A stretch of DNA of 64,000 bases, from assembly GCF_018350175.1 (NCBI RefSeq), contig NC_058369.1, forward strand, positions 122,450,001-122,514,000. The letters are read 5' to 3'. The DNA is from Felis catus (Eukaryota). The notes beneath the pieces were generated by a model. That model saw only the letters and a list, made by a program, of their open reading frames with translations, was not told where the DNA came from and did not search any database. Made by a program: the position numbers and the translations under genes. This document shows positions 43,901-52,919 of the stretch, piece after piece (position 1 is the stretch's first letter; the number at the start of each line of letters is the position of its first letter).

Positions 43901-46638
43901 GTGCTCTCCAGAGACCTCTATGTCCACAGCCTGACTGCAGTCTACAGACCGTGTCTCTTCTGAGCGCTGGAGCTCGGTCTTACCCCGGTTGGGGTCCCCA
44001 GCACAGGACCTGGCCACAGAGAGCAGAATGAGCTGAACAGGTAGATGAGCAAAGAGATGCATAAATGATCCAGGGACTAGCAAGTGGGGAGCCATGAATC
44101 CATGCATGGAGGCATAGGTAGGTGGGGTTTTCAGTATGTGAGGGAAGGAGTGAGCGAGTTGGTATGAGGATGCACAGTGACTGCCTTAACAGATGGCAGC
44201 CCAGGTGGCCAGTGAAAGTAGCAGTGGCAACCTTGGGTCCCCAGGACAGAGCACCTCTCCCTAAGCCAGCTGTTTAACCCAGCTTCTTGATGGTCTAACA
44301 CAGAAGGTTACTCTGTGTATCTGACTTAATCTCTTCCCCCACCCCGCCCCCATTTTAACCCAAGGCCATTTCACCTGTTAGAGTTCTTAGCCTGGTGAGG
44401 CTGGGAGTTGTACAGACACAGCCCCAGCTTGGGAGTCAGAACCCAGGGCTTCTGTCTTAGCACAGAAAATTCTAAATGCAAAGAATATGCGTAAAGGTAG
44501 GAAGAATAGACAGCTGCCTGCTCTGTGCCGGGCATTTACTCGTGTATGTTGTGTGTGCTGTGTACAAGAGGATCTGGCCAAAGTGGGGTGGGATGGGGAG
44601 GTATCAGGGATAGAGACATAGGTCTGTTCTATCCTGGAGTAGTGCCGTCCTCAGGGTCCTGCAAACTGGTTAGGGGGCCCAGAGAACATCCAACGGACAT
44701 CTAGGACAAGCTTCTTGTAGAAAGTAGGATAGAGCTGGCCCTTGGGAATGGGAAGGATCTGACCTAGGAAATGTGAGATCCAAAGTCCATTTGGCCTCAT
44801 GGGGACGGCCATCTTGGTTCAGCAGAACTTTACCCATCTTACTGCAGGTTCCTGGGCAGGTGGCCTCCTATCCAGTTCATTATATTTTTCTGCCTTCTAG
44901 GGTCATTCCCCTTTTCCTCCACCTCCTATACTCCCAGTGCACAAGGTCCCTTGCTAGCATTCTCAGGTTATTTTTGCTCTTTCTCCCTAGGGTTTTGTGG
45001 TAGCTGTTCTCTACTGTTTTCTGAATGGGGAGGTAAGACTCTGGCCCTCTGACTTCTTAACAATGGAGGTGGGGATTGCCAGGGAGCAGGCAGGTAGGGA
45101 CATCGCCTGCTGCCTACCAGAGCTGATTCCCTAGACCAGGGCAATGCCAGGCTCCCAGCACCTGGACGAGGGGGAAGGCAGTGGTGCTAGACCCTGTGCC
45201 AGAATCTCTCCCACTTTGTCTACTGTGCAAGGCATCAGCTGTGCCTGGAAAGGCATTGCCTGCTGAGCATAGCCCTTCCTGGCAGGGCTTGCATAGTAAG
45301 ACTACCTTAGTAAAGAAAAATGGAAAGTGAGGAAGGGTGAGGTACAGACAATGGGACCTATAGTTTATGAGGCTGTGATGAGCAGGGCTGCTGAGGAGGG
45401 ACTCTGGGGACTTGGAAGAGACCCCGGGAGAGGCCTAGAACCTTCTTGTATTGTTCCATTCCCAGGATGATGCTTTTGAATAGAGCCCATAACAGAGGTG
45501 CTGGGATAGGGATGGGAACTGAATGGGTGGGATGGGTTTAGAGAGTGGGCAGGAATCATTGCATCTGTGCTGGCATCTTGCCTGCATGACCTCAGCAGGC
45601 TCCCCCTCTTTTTGCATGTGAGAAACCAGAAGTTAGGGTTCAATGATTGTCAAGACAATCTATGGGAAGGTCAGATGAGGATAGATAAGGAGACAGAGCC
45701 CTGCAGGGGGTGGCTGGGGAGTCAGGAAGTGGGAGTGTGTGGAGCTTACCAGGAGCCTGTGGGGGAGGTGGGGGCTGGAACTGGAGGGCTGGATGCTGGT
45801 ACCACTCACTTCTAGTCGTGCAGTTCATGCACTAAGCAAATGTGCTGGACTGAGGGGGCATATGGAGGCTGAAACTGGCCATGCCCTGTACTTAACTATG
45901 CTAACAGCAACATGGGGGGTGTGTTCAGCCAGAGAGTGCATTATTTAGTGGTCCTCAACCCTGACTGCATATTGGAATCCACTGGGAAGCTTTACAACCT
46001 ATGGATGCCTTACCGCAGAGATTCTGATGTAATTGTTCTGGGATATGATATGGGCATCTGGACTTTTAAAGCTCTCCAGGTAATTCTAATCTGCGGCCCA
46101 CTGTTAATGGTCTGAGAGAGTGGGGCTCCTTGCCCTGATCTGCCTGACCCAAGGGCCTGTGAGCTGGTCTCTGACTATGGAGCACCAAGGCCCAGGAACA
46201 GAGGCCCACAGAGAACAAGAAGCCACTGGAGGGTCTTGCTCAGTGACTTGGGAAAGGGGCTGAGGTCAGCTCCTCAGAGGCCTTCTTTCCCATTGGTGGC
46301 CTTGAGGGCTACAAGTGCCATTTGGGAGTTGCTGGGTACTGCAGGAGGTGGCAGGGCCAGCCTGGGAGGGGTCCCGGGCAGAGCATTCAGGTGGATGAGG
46401 CTAGAGAAGGTGTCTGTCTGGAAGTGATCGTCCAAGTTGCTCCCTGCAGGTACAGGCGGAGATCAAGCGTAAGTGGCGGAGCTGGAAGGTGAACCGCTAC
46501 TTTGCCGTGGACTTCAAACACCGGCACCCATCCCTGGCCAGCAGCGGGGTGAACGGGGGCACCCAGCTCTCCATCCTGAGCAAGAGCAGCTCCCAGATCC
46601 GCATGTCCGGCCTCCCAGCTGACAACCTGGCCACCTGA
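3315..46638 (+). CDS. ADCYAP1R1: PACAP type 1 receptor (PAC1), spliced CDS, null isoform 468 aa: join(3315-3365,4883-4988,18912-19019,21590-21610,22652-22693,25085-25194,25802-25899,26352-26484,27419-27572,28009-28069,28603-28672,33179-33270,43489-43618,44991-45032,46450-46638)
   Basis: Exon lengths 51+106+108+21+42+110+98+133+154+61+70+92+130+42+189=1407 nt. All introns are GT-AG and phases are compatible. Translation [37 protein letters not shown]...[11 protein letters not shown]...RNFIHMNLF...[11 protein letters not shown]...CWDMND...[14 protein letters not shown]...[26 protein letters not shown]...[10 protein letters not shown] carries the class B1 GPCR motifs and matches PAC1. Confidence 0.99.
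3500..3680. mobile_element. MER91-like hAT MITE remnant
   Basis: End gagttgtgcagtatacaacctgc...ggccct resembles the MER91 terminus (from memory). Confidence 0.4.
4085..4600 (+). mobile_element. Two MIR remnants (about 4085-4245 and 4385-4600)
   Basis: Core motifs gctgtgtgaccttgggcag..., ctgtgtgacttcg...ttacttaatgtctctgtgct...catctgtcaaatgg. Confidence 0.7.
4883..4988 (+). CDS. ADCYAP1R1: Exon 3 ([36 protein letters not shown])
   Basis: ccctcgcag|GTC ... CCAG|gtgagt, 106 nt. Confidence 0.98.
6635..6790. mobile_element. MER5-family hAT-Charlie MITE
   Basis: ggttctcaaacctt...catcagaatcaccagg...ctcctcaggtgattcctgaggttgaaacc. Confidence 0.65.
7090..7410 (+). repeat. Degenerate (TCAT/TCAC)n tetranucleotide array, ~320 bp
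   Basis: 4-nt periodicity, near-perfect over 7242-7334. Confidence 0.95.
7560..8540. mobile_element. Cluster of three MIR remnants (about 7560-7790 minus, 7815-8015 plus, 8340-8540 minus)
   Basis: cctattttatagatgagaaaactgaggcaca; ctgcaaaatggagg...aataatacct; cccattttacagctgaggctccgcagactcacagaagtgag. Confidence 0.65.
10905..11090. mobile_element. MER5A hAT-Charlie MITE
   Basis: tagttctcacactt...catcagaac...ggacccagccccagaatttctgactcagt...ccacttcgagaaccactg with TIR-like ends. Confidence 0.75.
12330..12640. mobile_element. MLT1 (J/K-like) MaLR LTR fragment
   Basis: tagtcaaggtagcctagac...gctgcagtaacaaa start typical of MLT1J/K. Confidence 0.5.
12927..13393 (+). mobile_element. MLT1D-like MaLR solo LTR
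   Basis: TG...CA ends; internal gaatgtattaccttacatggcaaaagg, ctagagcctccagaagaaacgcagcc; 5-bp TSD gcatc/tcatc. Confidence 0.8.
13980..14809 (-). mobile_element. MER21-like ERV solo LTR, containing an assembly gap
   Basis: Minus strand begins TGTAATATCATGATATAATAAGAAC...TTTGGTCTTCGTCCC...GAGCTCCTAAG...TTGGAATTTCC, matching the MER21 start as I recall it. Confidence 0.6.
14594..14723. other. Assembly gap (130 N)
   Basis: Run of N. Confidence 1.
15246..15485 (+). mobile_element. CAN-SINE (older SINEC_Fc2-like) with (CT)n and A/CA tail
   Basis: ggggcgcatgggtggctccgtcagtt head, (CT)n, aaataaataaataaac. Confidence 0.92.
17076..17314 (-). mobile_element. CAN-SINE (older)
   Basis: T-rich tail, gagatcatgacccgagccg, reverse-complement head. 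Confidence 0.9.
18912..19019 (+). CDS. ADCYAP1R1: Exon 4 ([35 protein letters not shown])
   Basis: ccgcacag|GC ... CAAG|gtgagt, 108 nt, class B ECD WD..CW motif. Confidence 0.98.
19731..19973 (+). mobile_element. CAN-SINE with 17-bp TSD (2 mismatches)
   Basis: TSD aagacgtagggacagga 19714-19730 and aagacgtaagaacagga 19972-19988; long (CT)n. Confidence 0.95.
21590..21610 (+). CDS. ADCYAP1R1: Exon 5, 21-nt microexon (VWEMETIG)
   Basis: Long pyrimidine tract ctgtttcag|TGTGGGAGATGGAAACCATTG|gtaaga; matches the PAC1-specific ECD insert. Confidence 0.95.
22652..22693 (+). CDS. ADCYAP1R1: Exon 6 ([13 protein letters not shown])
   Basis: ctttgcag|GA ... TCAG|gtgagg, 42 nt. Confidence 0.96.
23005..23205. 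mobile_element. MER5A hAT-Charlie MITE
   Basis: ggttctcgaactt...tcagattcctgga...cccccagagtctctgatttagtaggcctggggtgaggcctgagaat...cactttgagaactactg. Confidence 0.75.
25085..25194 (+). CDS. ADCYAP1R1: Exon 7 ([37 protein letters not shown])
   Basis: ctactgcag|AC ... CAG|gtgagt, 110 nt. Confidence 0.98.
25802..25899 (+). CDS. ADCYAP1R1: Exon 8 (TM1: [33 protein letters not shown])
   Basis: ttgctccag|GAC ... CCG|gtaaga, 98 nt. Confidence 0.98.
26352..26484 (+). CDS. ADCYAP1R1: Exon 9 (TM2: [44 protein letters not shown])
   Basis: ggcatag|G ... ACC|gtgagt, 133 nt. Confidence 0.98.
27419..27572 (+). CDS. ADCYAP1R1: Exon 10 (TM3-TM4: [51 protein letters not shown])
   Basis: ctttgcag|GTG ... TGGG|gtaggt, 154 nt. 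Confidence 0.98.
28009..28069 (+). CDS. ADCYAP1R1: Exon 11 ([21 protein letters not shown])
   Basis: ctctcccag|GG ... CAGG|gtgagt, 61 nt. Confidence 0.97.
28603..28672 (+). CDS. ADCYAP1R1: Exon 12 ([23 protein letters not shown])
   Basis: tctttcag|C ... ATG|gtgagt, 70 nt. Confidence 0.98.
29417..29579. other. Assembly gap (163 N)
   Basis: Run of N. Confidence 1.
29580..29684 (-). mobile_element. CAN-SINE, 5' half (remainder lies in the gap)
   Basis: gctgtcagcacagagc...ggactgagccactgaggcacccc. Confidence 0.9.
30165..30389 (+). mobile_element. Young SINEC_Fc with 18-bp TSD (1 mismatch) at a TT/AAAA L1-endonuclease site
   Basis: TSD aaaaatatggaatcatcc 30147-30164 and aaaaatatggaatcttcc 30385-30402. 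Confidence 0.97.
31338..31383 (+). repeat. Imperfect (TG)n microsatellite
   Basis: gtgtgtggtgtgtggtgtgtgtgtgtgtgtgtgtgtatgtgtgtgt. Confidence 0.9.
31641..31835 (-). mobile_element. Older CAN-SINE, first of a tandem pair
   Basis: T tail, diverged body, head ...gccactcgggcaccc. Confidence 0.9.
31848..32074 (-). mobile_element. Young SINEC_Fc, second of the tandem pair
   Basis: Flanked by a duplicated (c)cctctatatcttc at 31833-31846 and 32074-32087. Confidence 0.96.
33179..33270 (+). CDS. ADCYAP1R1: Exon 13 (TM5-ICL3: [30 protein letters not shown])
   Basis: ctcttcag|GTT ... TACTT|gtaagt, 92 nt. Confidence 0.98.
36171..36254 (+). CDS. ADCYAP1R1: Alternative ICL3 'hip' cassette exon 14 ([28 protein letters not shown])
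   Basis: ctgtttccag|A ... CT|gtaggt, 84 nt, symmetric phase 2, open frame; peptide matches the known hip cassette as I recall it. Confidence 0.93.
36965..37110 (-). mobile_element. MIR remnant
   Basis: cctattttgcagatgaagaaactgaggcccagaggaggaaagtgac. Confidence 0.7.
38600..38750. mobile_element. MER5-family MITE
   Basis: ggatcacctagggaccttgttaaaatgcagat...aagattctgcatctctaagaagctctcaggtg. Confidence 0.7.
40279..40362 (+). CDS. ADCYAP1R1: Alternative ICL3 'hop' cassette exon 15 (hop1 from 40279: [28 protein letters not shown]; hop2 from 40282 lacks the Ser)
   Basis: acaccCAG|CAG| NAGNAG acceptor, donor CT|gtaagt, 84/81 nt. Confidence 0.96.
40780..40945 (-). mobile_element. MIR remnant
   Basis: gccattttacagataagaaaacggaacgcagagaggtgaagtactcactcaaggtcacat. 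Confidence 0.7.
43489..43618 (+). CDS. ADCYAP1R1: Exon 16 (TM6-ECL3: [43 protein letters not shown])
   Basis: cccgacag|A ... CAG|gtaggt, 130 nt. Confidence 0.98.
44991..45032 (+). CDS. ADCYAP1R1: Exon 17 (TM7: [14 protein letters not shown])
   Basis: ctccctag|GGT ... GAG|gtaaga, 42 nt. Confidence 0.98.
45945..46095. mobile_element. MER5-family MITE
   Basis: tagtggtcctcaaccctgactgcatattggaatc...cagagattctgatgtaattgttctggg...aaagctctccaggtaattctaat. Confidence 0.7.
46450..46638 (+). CDS. ADCYAP1R1: Exon 18 coding part (helix 8 and C-tail, VQAEIKRKW...DNLAT*)
   Basis: ccctgcag|GTA; stop TGA 46636-46638, 189 nt. Confidence 0.98.
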   Translation, partial: VQAEIKRKWRSWKVNRYFAVDFKHRHPSLASSGVNGGTQLSILSKSSSQIRMSGLPADNLAT

Positions 46639-48861
46639 GCCCGCGCTCCCCTCCTCCTCTCCTCCACACACAGGCTGGGGTTTGTGGGCAGGCGCCGGCC
46701 CACGCATGTTGTGCTTCTTCTCTCACTTCGGGCGGGCCTGAGGCTGGAGGCTGGGCTCCCTGAGGTGGGAGAAGGATGCAGGGCGCAGATGGGTTATTTC
46801 CTCTCCCTGTTTGGCGCTGGCCCCACCCACCGTGGGCCGCTGGGCCCTGATCCAGACATGTAAATACGCCACAAATTTTGAAAAGTTGTCTCATTCCCTA
46901 CCCCTTTGCCCACTGTCCCTGCTCACCTCAAGCAAGTCCCCAGCTTTACCCTGCCCTGTTTCCACCAGCCTCAGTGATCTCCTTGACCTGGTCAGTGAGG
47001 CCCTGTCAACTGAGGCTGACGACCTTGCTTTGGGGGCTTGGGGTGGGCATGTCCAACAGCCACCCCCCCGCCAAGTGTCTGACTTTCAGCGTGGACTCCT
47101 TGAATCTTCTTGCCACCTGAGGCCCTTCTCAGACCTGGCCCAGTGTCTGAGGCCTTCCAGAGGTCCAACTTGGGCTCCCAGAGCATCCTTTAGTGCAGGC
47201 AAGACCTGAGTCGAGACTCCTTCATACCCTCCCCCAGCATCTTGGTGTCTAGGTGCCCAGCTCCTGGGTACAAGGGTGGTGGGATAGCTCCAGAGTTTTT
47301 CCACTCAGAGACTTGATTTTGGGTGTGGGGCTAAGGGTCCCAGAATGTTCTGGTGCTTTTCATTTGGTAGAAGAAAAATTGCCAAGAGCCAGAAATGTGG
47401 ATGTGATTGGAAAGGAGATGGAAAGAGTTTGGGGCTCCCATGGAAGAAGACCTTCACTGGCTCCATTATTTTACCCCCAACTCAAGGTGAGAGGGGGTTC
47501 ATCTGGTAGCCTCCCTTCTGCCCCTCCCATCCCCAGGCATCAGCTGCGGACTGTGAGAGATGGATGCCTCAGAGACACTGCTCCCTACCCATGCCTAAAC
47601 CTTCCCCCTCCTCATTTCTTCTTAAGTTAAAGCCATGATTAGGATGAACCAGCCGCCTTCCTGTGATGTCAGTGAATCCTGAAACACCTTATGCCTCCAT
47701 GTGCCCAAGTCCAGGGCCTAGATTTCCCCCTCACCCCACCCCCATGGACAATGAGGATCCCAGCCACCGGCTCTTTGGGCTTGGGCTCAGCTACTGAAAT
47801 ATCTCTGAGACCTTTGCAAAGACTTCCCTCTGTGTATTCTTGACATTGAATCACCACGGACACTAGTGTCCTAGAGTGTTGGGAGGGGAAGGCACACGTG
47901 CCATTCCTGTTAGCAGAAGCTGCAAATGGGAGCGATGGCAGATCCCCAATGCCTATTATGGTTCTCCAGATGCAAATTGCTTGGCCACAGTCTAGGAATT
48001 CAAGATGGGGCGCAACTGGGTTGGGGGAAGATGGACAGAAGTGCTAGAGTGCCACGGCCCATGTGGGGGGCCCATTTCATTCTATGTCAACTTTTGGTGG
48101 TGTTCCTGTCCAAGTGTGTTTGTGGACCTGTTTCATGATCATGTTCTGGAATGCTTGGGGAATTTGTGTGGAGAGGAAATACTGCTTAGCTTGGTTTTAT
48201 AAAGAGGAAGGGGCTTGGGGGTCTGTTTTTGGAGAGGTCTTCAAAGTGACTGGAGAAGGACTTAGTTGCTTTGTTTGGAGACAAGCCCTATGTCCGTGGC
48301 CAGTGAAGCACTGTGGGTCCCTGGGTCTTTGGCAAACCTAGAATCTGCCCTAGTTGGGCTCAGACTACTGATATTGTGGACATGCAGCTCCCTGTTCTGG
48401 GCCTTGGTTTCTCCATTTGTGGGATGCAGGGACTTCTAAAGCTTCTCTAGGCTCTGTACGTCAGTAATTCTCCAGTTCAAAAGTAAGCAGATAAAAGGGC
48501 ATGCATCATTGTTATGTGTATCATCTAAGGTTTTGAAGTGTACATGTTTGTGTATATGTGGAGGGAAGGGAGGATGCTGTTTATTTTCTCTTTCTTAGAA
48601 AGGAAACATCTGTTTCTTCCACTGGGACACCACAGTGGAAGCTGGTGGGCCAGAGGGAAAGGTCATGACAGGGACAATTGGACAGGTGCCTTGGGCGTGA
48701 TGTGCTGACCCAGCCGTGTGCCTAGCCAGGGCAGGGTGCCATGGCTGCTTGGGTAGTAGCCACTTCCAGATCCTAGGAGCAGTCCCTTAACTGGACCCCA
48801 TTTCTTCACCCCTGTCCCCACCAGCAGATCTGCTTCACTGTGGAAAAAGAGACTTTGATTT

Positions 48862-48864
<3 letters not shown>

Positions 48865-48908
<44 letters not shown>
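48865..48908 (+). repeat. Perfect (AC)22 microsatellite in the predicted 3'UTR
   Basis: 44 nt of uninterrupted AC. Confidence 0.98.
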
Positions 48909-48912
<4 letters not shown>

Positions 48913-49089
48913 GTCATCAGCAAAAACATCATCAGGCCTGAATTCCATGTGCTGTGCTGTCACCTGAGCCCTGGGTTGCATCCTTGTAGAGGTTCCAGGT
49001 TCCCGTTGGTTTGTGGTTTGTTTTTCTGTCTGAATGAGTTATTGCCAGTCTTGTGAACTAGATGTACCCAATGTATTTCGAATGTTCCA

Positions 49090-49235
49090 GGAGGTTAGGC
49101 AGCTGGCTTAAAGGCCACTGGCAGTGGGTGAGAAGCATAAGGTTTGGGTAAAAACCTTCCCTCTCTAGTCTTGGTTTTCAAATCTGTAAAATGGGAAGTA
49201 AGACTAGATGATTTGTGTAGCCCAGTGCATGTTTG
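49090..49235 (+). mobile_element. MIR remnant in the 3'UTR (a second one at about 50190-50300)
   Basis: ctctctagtcttggttttcaaatctgtaaaatgggaag; ggcctagcacagtgcctg. Confidence 0.6.
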
Positions 49236-51232
49236 GAATTCTCTGTCTAAATACCAGCCATCTAGTTGCTGGGAATGGACCCCAGGCAGGGATTGTGGTA
49301 TTTGCCTGACTGGAAAGGATAAGAAATCCTGTGCAGCCAGGAGGGGTTTGAAGGTCTTGGGAATGGTTAGGTTGGAGAAGAGCAGAGGTATCCAACTCCT
49401 TGACTCTAGAAGATCATTACCAGGAAGGTTTTTTTTTTTTTCTTGTTTTATGCAATCCTAAAGGGCAACCGTCACCCAGGGGAGGCTGAATTCTCCTTGG
49501 AATGAAGCGATTTTTCAACCTCTTCCATGAATGTCCCACCATGGGAAAGGCCGTGTTAGGAGAGAGTCTCCACCCCTAGGGGAAATGGGACTTCAAGTCA
49601 GGGATGCTGAGGCTGTCAGGGAATCTGAGAGGGAAGTGTGTGTGATTTGGGCAGGGGGGAGGGGTTCAGTGGCTTTTTGGTGGTACCCAGCACTGTGGGC
49701 TTCTTAACCCCCTACTAGAGGCTGGGCTATTTTTCCTGTCTCAGTGGGTAGCTCTGTGGCCCTCCTTGACATATCCAGTGGCCTGCAGTGATTCCTTCTC
49801 TGACCCTTACCCCTCCCCAAACCAGCTTCTCCAGGGATCAGGGCCAGGCAGCTGGAGCTGGGCCCAAGGCTCGAAGTACACATCATCACTCACCAAGTGT
49901 GCTCATTCACCTCCTTCATCTGACCCTTTCCCTTCCTGGAAGGAAAGCTAGAAGAGGCTTTCTTTGTGATTCTGTGAGTACCCTTGACCCCTTCAAGGTC
50001 ACTCCAAAGTGAAAGCAGTGAGTGCTTTGTTGTCATAAATTCCTGCCTGAGCCCAGTGACCATGGAAGCCTGCCAGAAGAGCTCTGAGCAGGGAGCGGGG
50101 AACCCAGGCTTCTCCCAGCTTTGCCACTGACCTGGCCTTGACCCCATCCCCATATATCTTCAGGGAGACTCACGAAGCACTAGATCTGGGAAAGAAAATG
50201 GAGATCTGCAGGTCAAACCTCCCCGTTGGGCTGATGAGAAATCACTTACCAGCAGGCCTAGCACAGTGCCTGTATTGTGTTGGGATCCAATATGCTTTAC
50301 AAACCTGAGTGAGAAAATGGGCCCACCATCACGTGCCCAGCCTTGCACGTGAGCCAGAATAAAGTGTCCGTACAGAAAACATTCAGCCTTGCGCAAGGGA
50401 GGGGCTCTGGCTACAGAAGTTGTTAGGACTCCATATTGCAGGAGGAACAATGGTGTCAGTGTGGCATGGGGAGACCTGTGTTGTAGCTCAAGCCTTACCA
50501 CCTGCTCTGTCCTCCAAGGCTTGGCCTCTTCGAGCCTCTGCTTCCTAATATGAGACATGGGAGGACATGATTTGCAGCCTGCTCCTCAGGCCAGTGATAA
50601 GGTTGAAATGAGACATTCTTGTGTGTAAAAGGGCTTTGGAAACTACGCAGGTAGGGGCTGGTTTCTGGGGTGAAGATCCCTGAAAGGGATCCCATGCTGT
50701 TTGTCAACTACTTTGAGCCCTCCTGGGTTAACCTTTGCCCCACTTGTAAAACCACCAGCACCGGGGGTGAGGGGAAGGCCAGTGGGCTCTGACAGACACA
50801 GAATTCCAGGCTTATCTCTGCCAACAACTGAATAGTTTGTTCCTGGGGTTAGGATGGGAGAATTTCATGTGGGTGGTGATTTCCATGTCACTTGCATGGG
50901 AATCCTTCAAGGATCTGGGATATCCCTGAAGTGGGCTATGTGCCCCTTTCTTCTTTCCCTAAATGTGAAGTCCTGGGATGCGTCTGTGCTTGGCCATTTG
51001 TGTCTTGTCTTATGTCCGTGTTTTATAGTTTGCCCTGTGAGGGCTGAAGTGGGGCAGTCCCCAGCATCCCAGACGTGGCTCCAGGCTTGCTTGTGGAACC
51101 AGGCTCACCTGTGTTTCATCTCCCACAATAAAGATAAACCCCGCAGACCTCACTGCTACTGCTGCCGCCATTAATGCTGTGCTCACAACCTTGTCCTGGA
51201 TTTTAAGGATGTCAACCTGCTGTAGATAACTC

Positions 51233-51238
51233 AATAAA
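51233..51238 (+). terminator. Most likely poly(A) signal
   Basis: AATAAA with upstream TGTA (51221-51224, CFIm motif) and a downstream T/GT-rich stretch (tcttatcatttttcctggtggctgt). Confidence 0.6.
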
Positions 51239-52919
51239 TGTCTTATCATTTTTCCTGGTGGCTGTAACTTGGCAGAAGTGGAGGGCAGGGAGGAGAGGAG
51301 GTAAGGAGGGGAGGAAATCTGATCATCCAGAGTAATCTGGTTTACACAGTCCTGTGGCCTTCTGGATTCCAAGGGAGAGGTGTGAGAACAAGCATAAATG
51401 AGCTTAGGTTGGGCTTGGAAGAGTCAGGTCCTAGGACCATGCAAACTGAATGGAATGAAGATGTCTTGGATGTTTTGGGTTCCTAGAAATGGAAGTAACT
51501 CACGCTACGGTCTCTGATGCCTCGTGGCCTTCATACTGTTTTATCAGCACGGCTACCAGATCCCTCAAAGCTTGCCTACAGTGAGCATTTCATTCCAGGT
51601 AAGCACAGGTGCATCATTGGCTGCCAGAGTCCCTCCCCCTAATCTGGATATTCAGAACCATCATTCCAGGCCAGACCAGTTAATGAATTCCAGGTCACCT
51701 CCATTTCCTTGAATTTCTACCAATTGTCACAACTTCCAGTGCCCATTTTTATATGAGTCAGAATTTACAGTTGCCGGCAACAGAAGATAATTTTGACTGA
51801 TAATTCAGAAAAGGGGTTTAGGAGAAAGATGTTGGGCACCTCCTAGAACTCTCTTGAGGCTGGAGAAAAACAGCAAAGGTGTTTCAAGCTGGAGCATGCC
51901 ATGGAACTGGTGACAAAGCTGTTGACTGCTGCTGCCGCTGCCAGCCCAGAAGCCTCTTCTGTACCAGCGACCCCCCTCATCATAGTTACCAGTTCTGAGC
52001 AGGGAGCTTTGCTGCCATCCTCACCAGCAAAGCAGATTCCACGTGCAGCCTCTTAAGTCTCTCACTTCTGAATTGAAGCCTCACATGGGTCCGTTAGATT
52101 GGCTGTGTTCCAGCTGCAAAGGAGGCTGGAAATTTGACTTTTCTGGATTCTACCTTGGGTAAGTCAGGCTCCCCAGTCTAGGAATTTCCTAAAAGCCCTG
52201 AAATAGCGAATGCCCATTACAGCAGGCCTGAGGTCCACAGCTATGGCAGAAAGCCCTAGCACCCTGTAGTGATTGGGTGGGCCACTCTGAAGAAGTCAAT
52301 GACAAGATAAATCCCAACCAGATAACATGTGAGCCCTACAAGCAGAGAGGCCTCTTGCCAAATGCACCAGGTATCTAGTGGGGGTGTTCCCCAGCTATTT
52401 CTGCTTCCTAGTATTGCCCCTCCTTTTTCCTCTCCAGGTCTTCCTCTTCTTGAACCCTAAAAAATATTACCAGGCTTATGTCTTATAACCTACTTAGCAG
52501 ATATCTTGAGCTGCTTTCAAAATGGAACCTACCCTCAATGGGTGAAAATCAATCTCTGCATGTCAGACTGTGTTGACCACTCAGAAAGAAGACTTTTCTA
52601 GTGCCTAGAAGTCTAGTGTCTAGTGTCACTGGTGTGACCCTGATAAAATGAGGTTCCGTATGTTTCGTTCCTGGAGGTCACATTCCAGAAGCAAAGATAA
52701 GGAGCCAGAAGTAACTGGAACCTTGAATTCTGTGTTAGACTTGAATTTCTTGGCAACCGTGAAGGTCATCCAACTACTAAATCCTGTCCTATCCATTTCA
52801 CCAAATCTATCAACTATTCCAGACCTCTTTTCTGCCAAGCCCCTTAAAAGAATGCCTTCAACTCCGGTTATTCCTGATGATGTTCTTTGCTACTGGTAGT
52901 GTGAGAAATTCCTCTTGGG

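Larger units (their letters stand above)
46639..51255 (+). other. ADCYAP1R1: Predicted long 3'UTR (~4.6 kb); end approximate
   Basis: Follows the stop codon; AATAAA at 50358, 51127 and 51233. Length is consistent with the long mammalian PAC1 mRNA as I recall it. No transcript evidence available. Confidence 0.65.

Noticed and set aside
47847-47867. Partial RE1-like core CACCACGGACA in the 3'UTR (also TCCAGCACC-G-GGAAAG at 2474)
   Set aside because: Lacks the CAG of the left half-site and the final G of GGACAG; the 2474 site has non-canonical spacing
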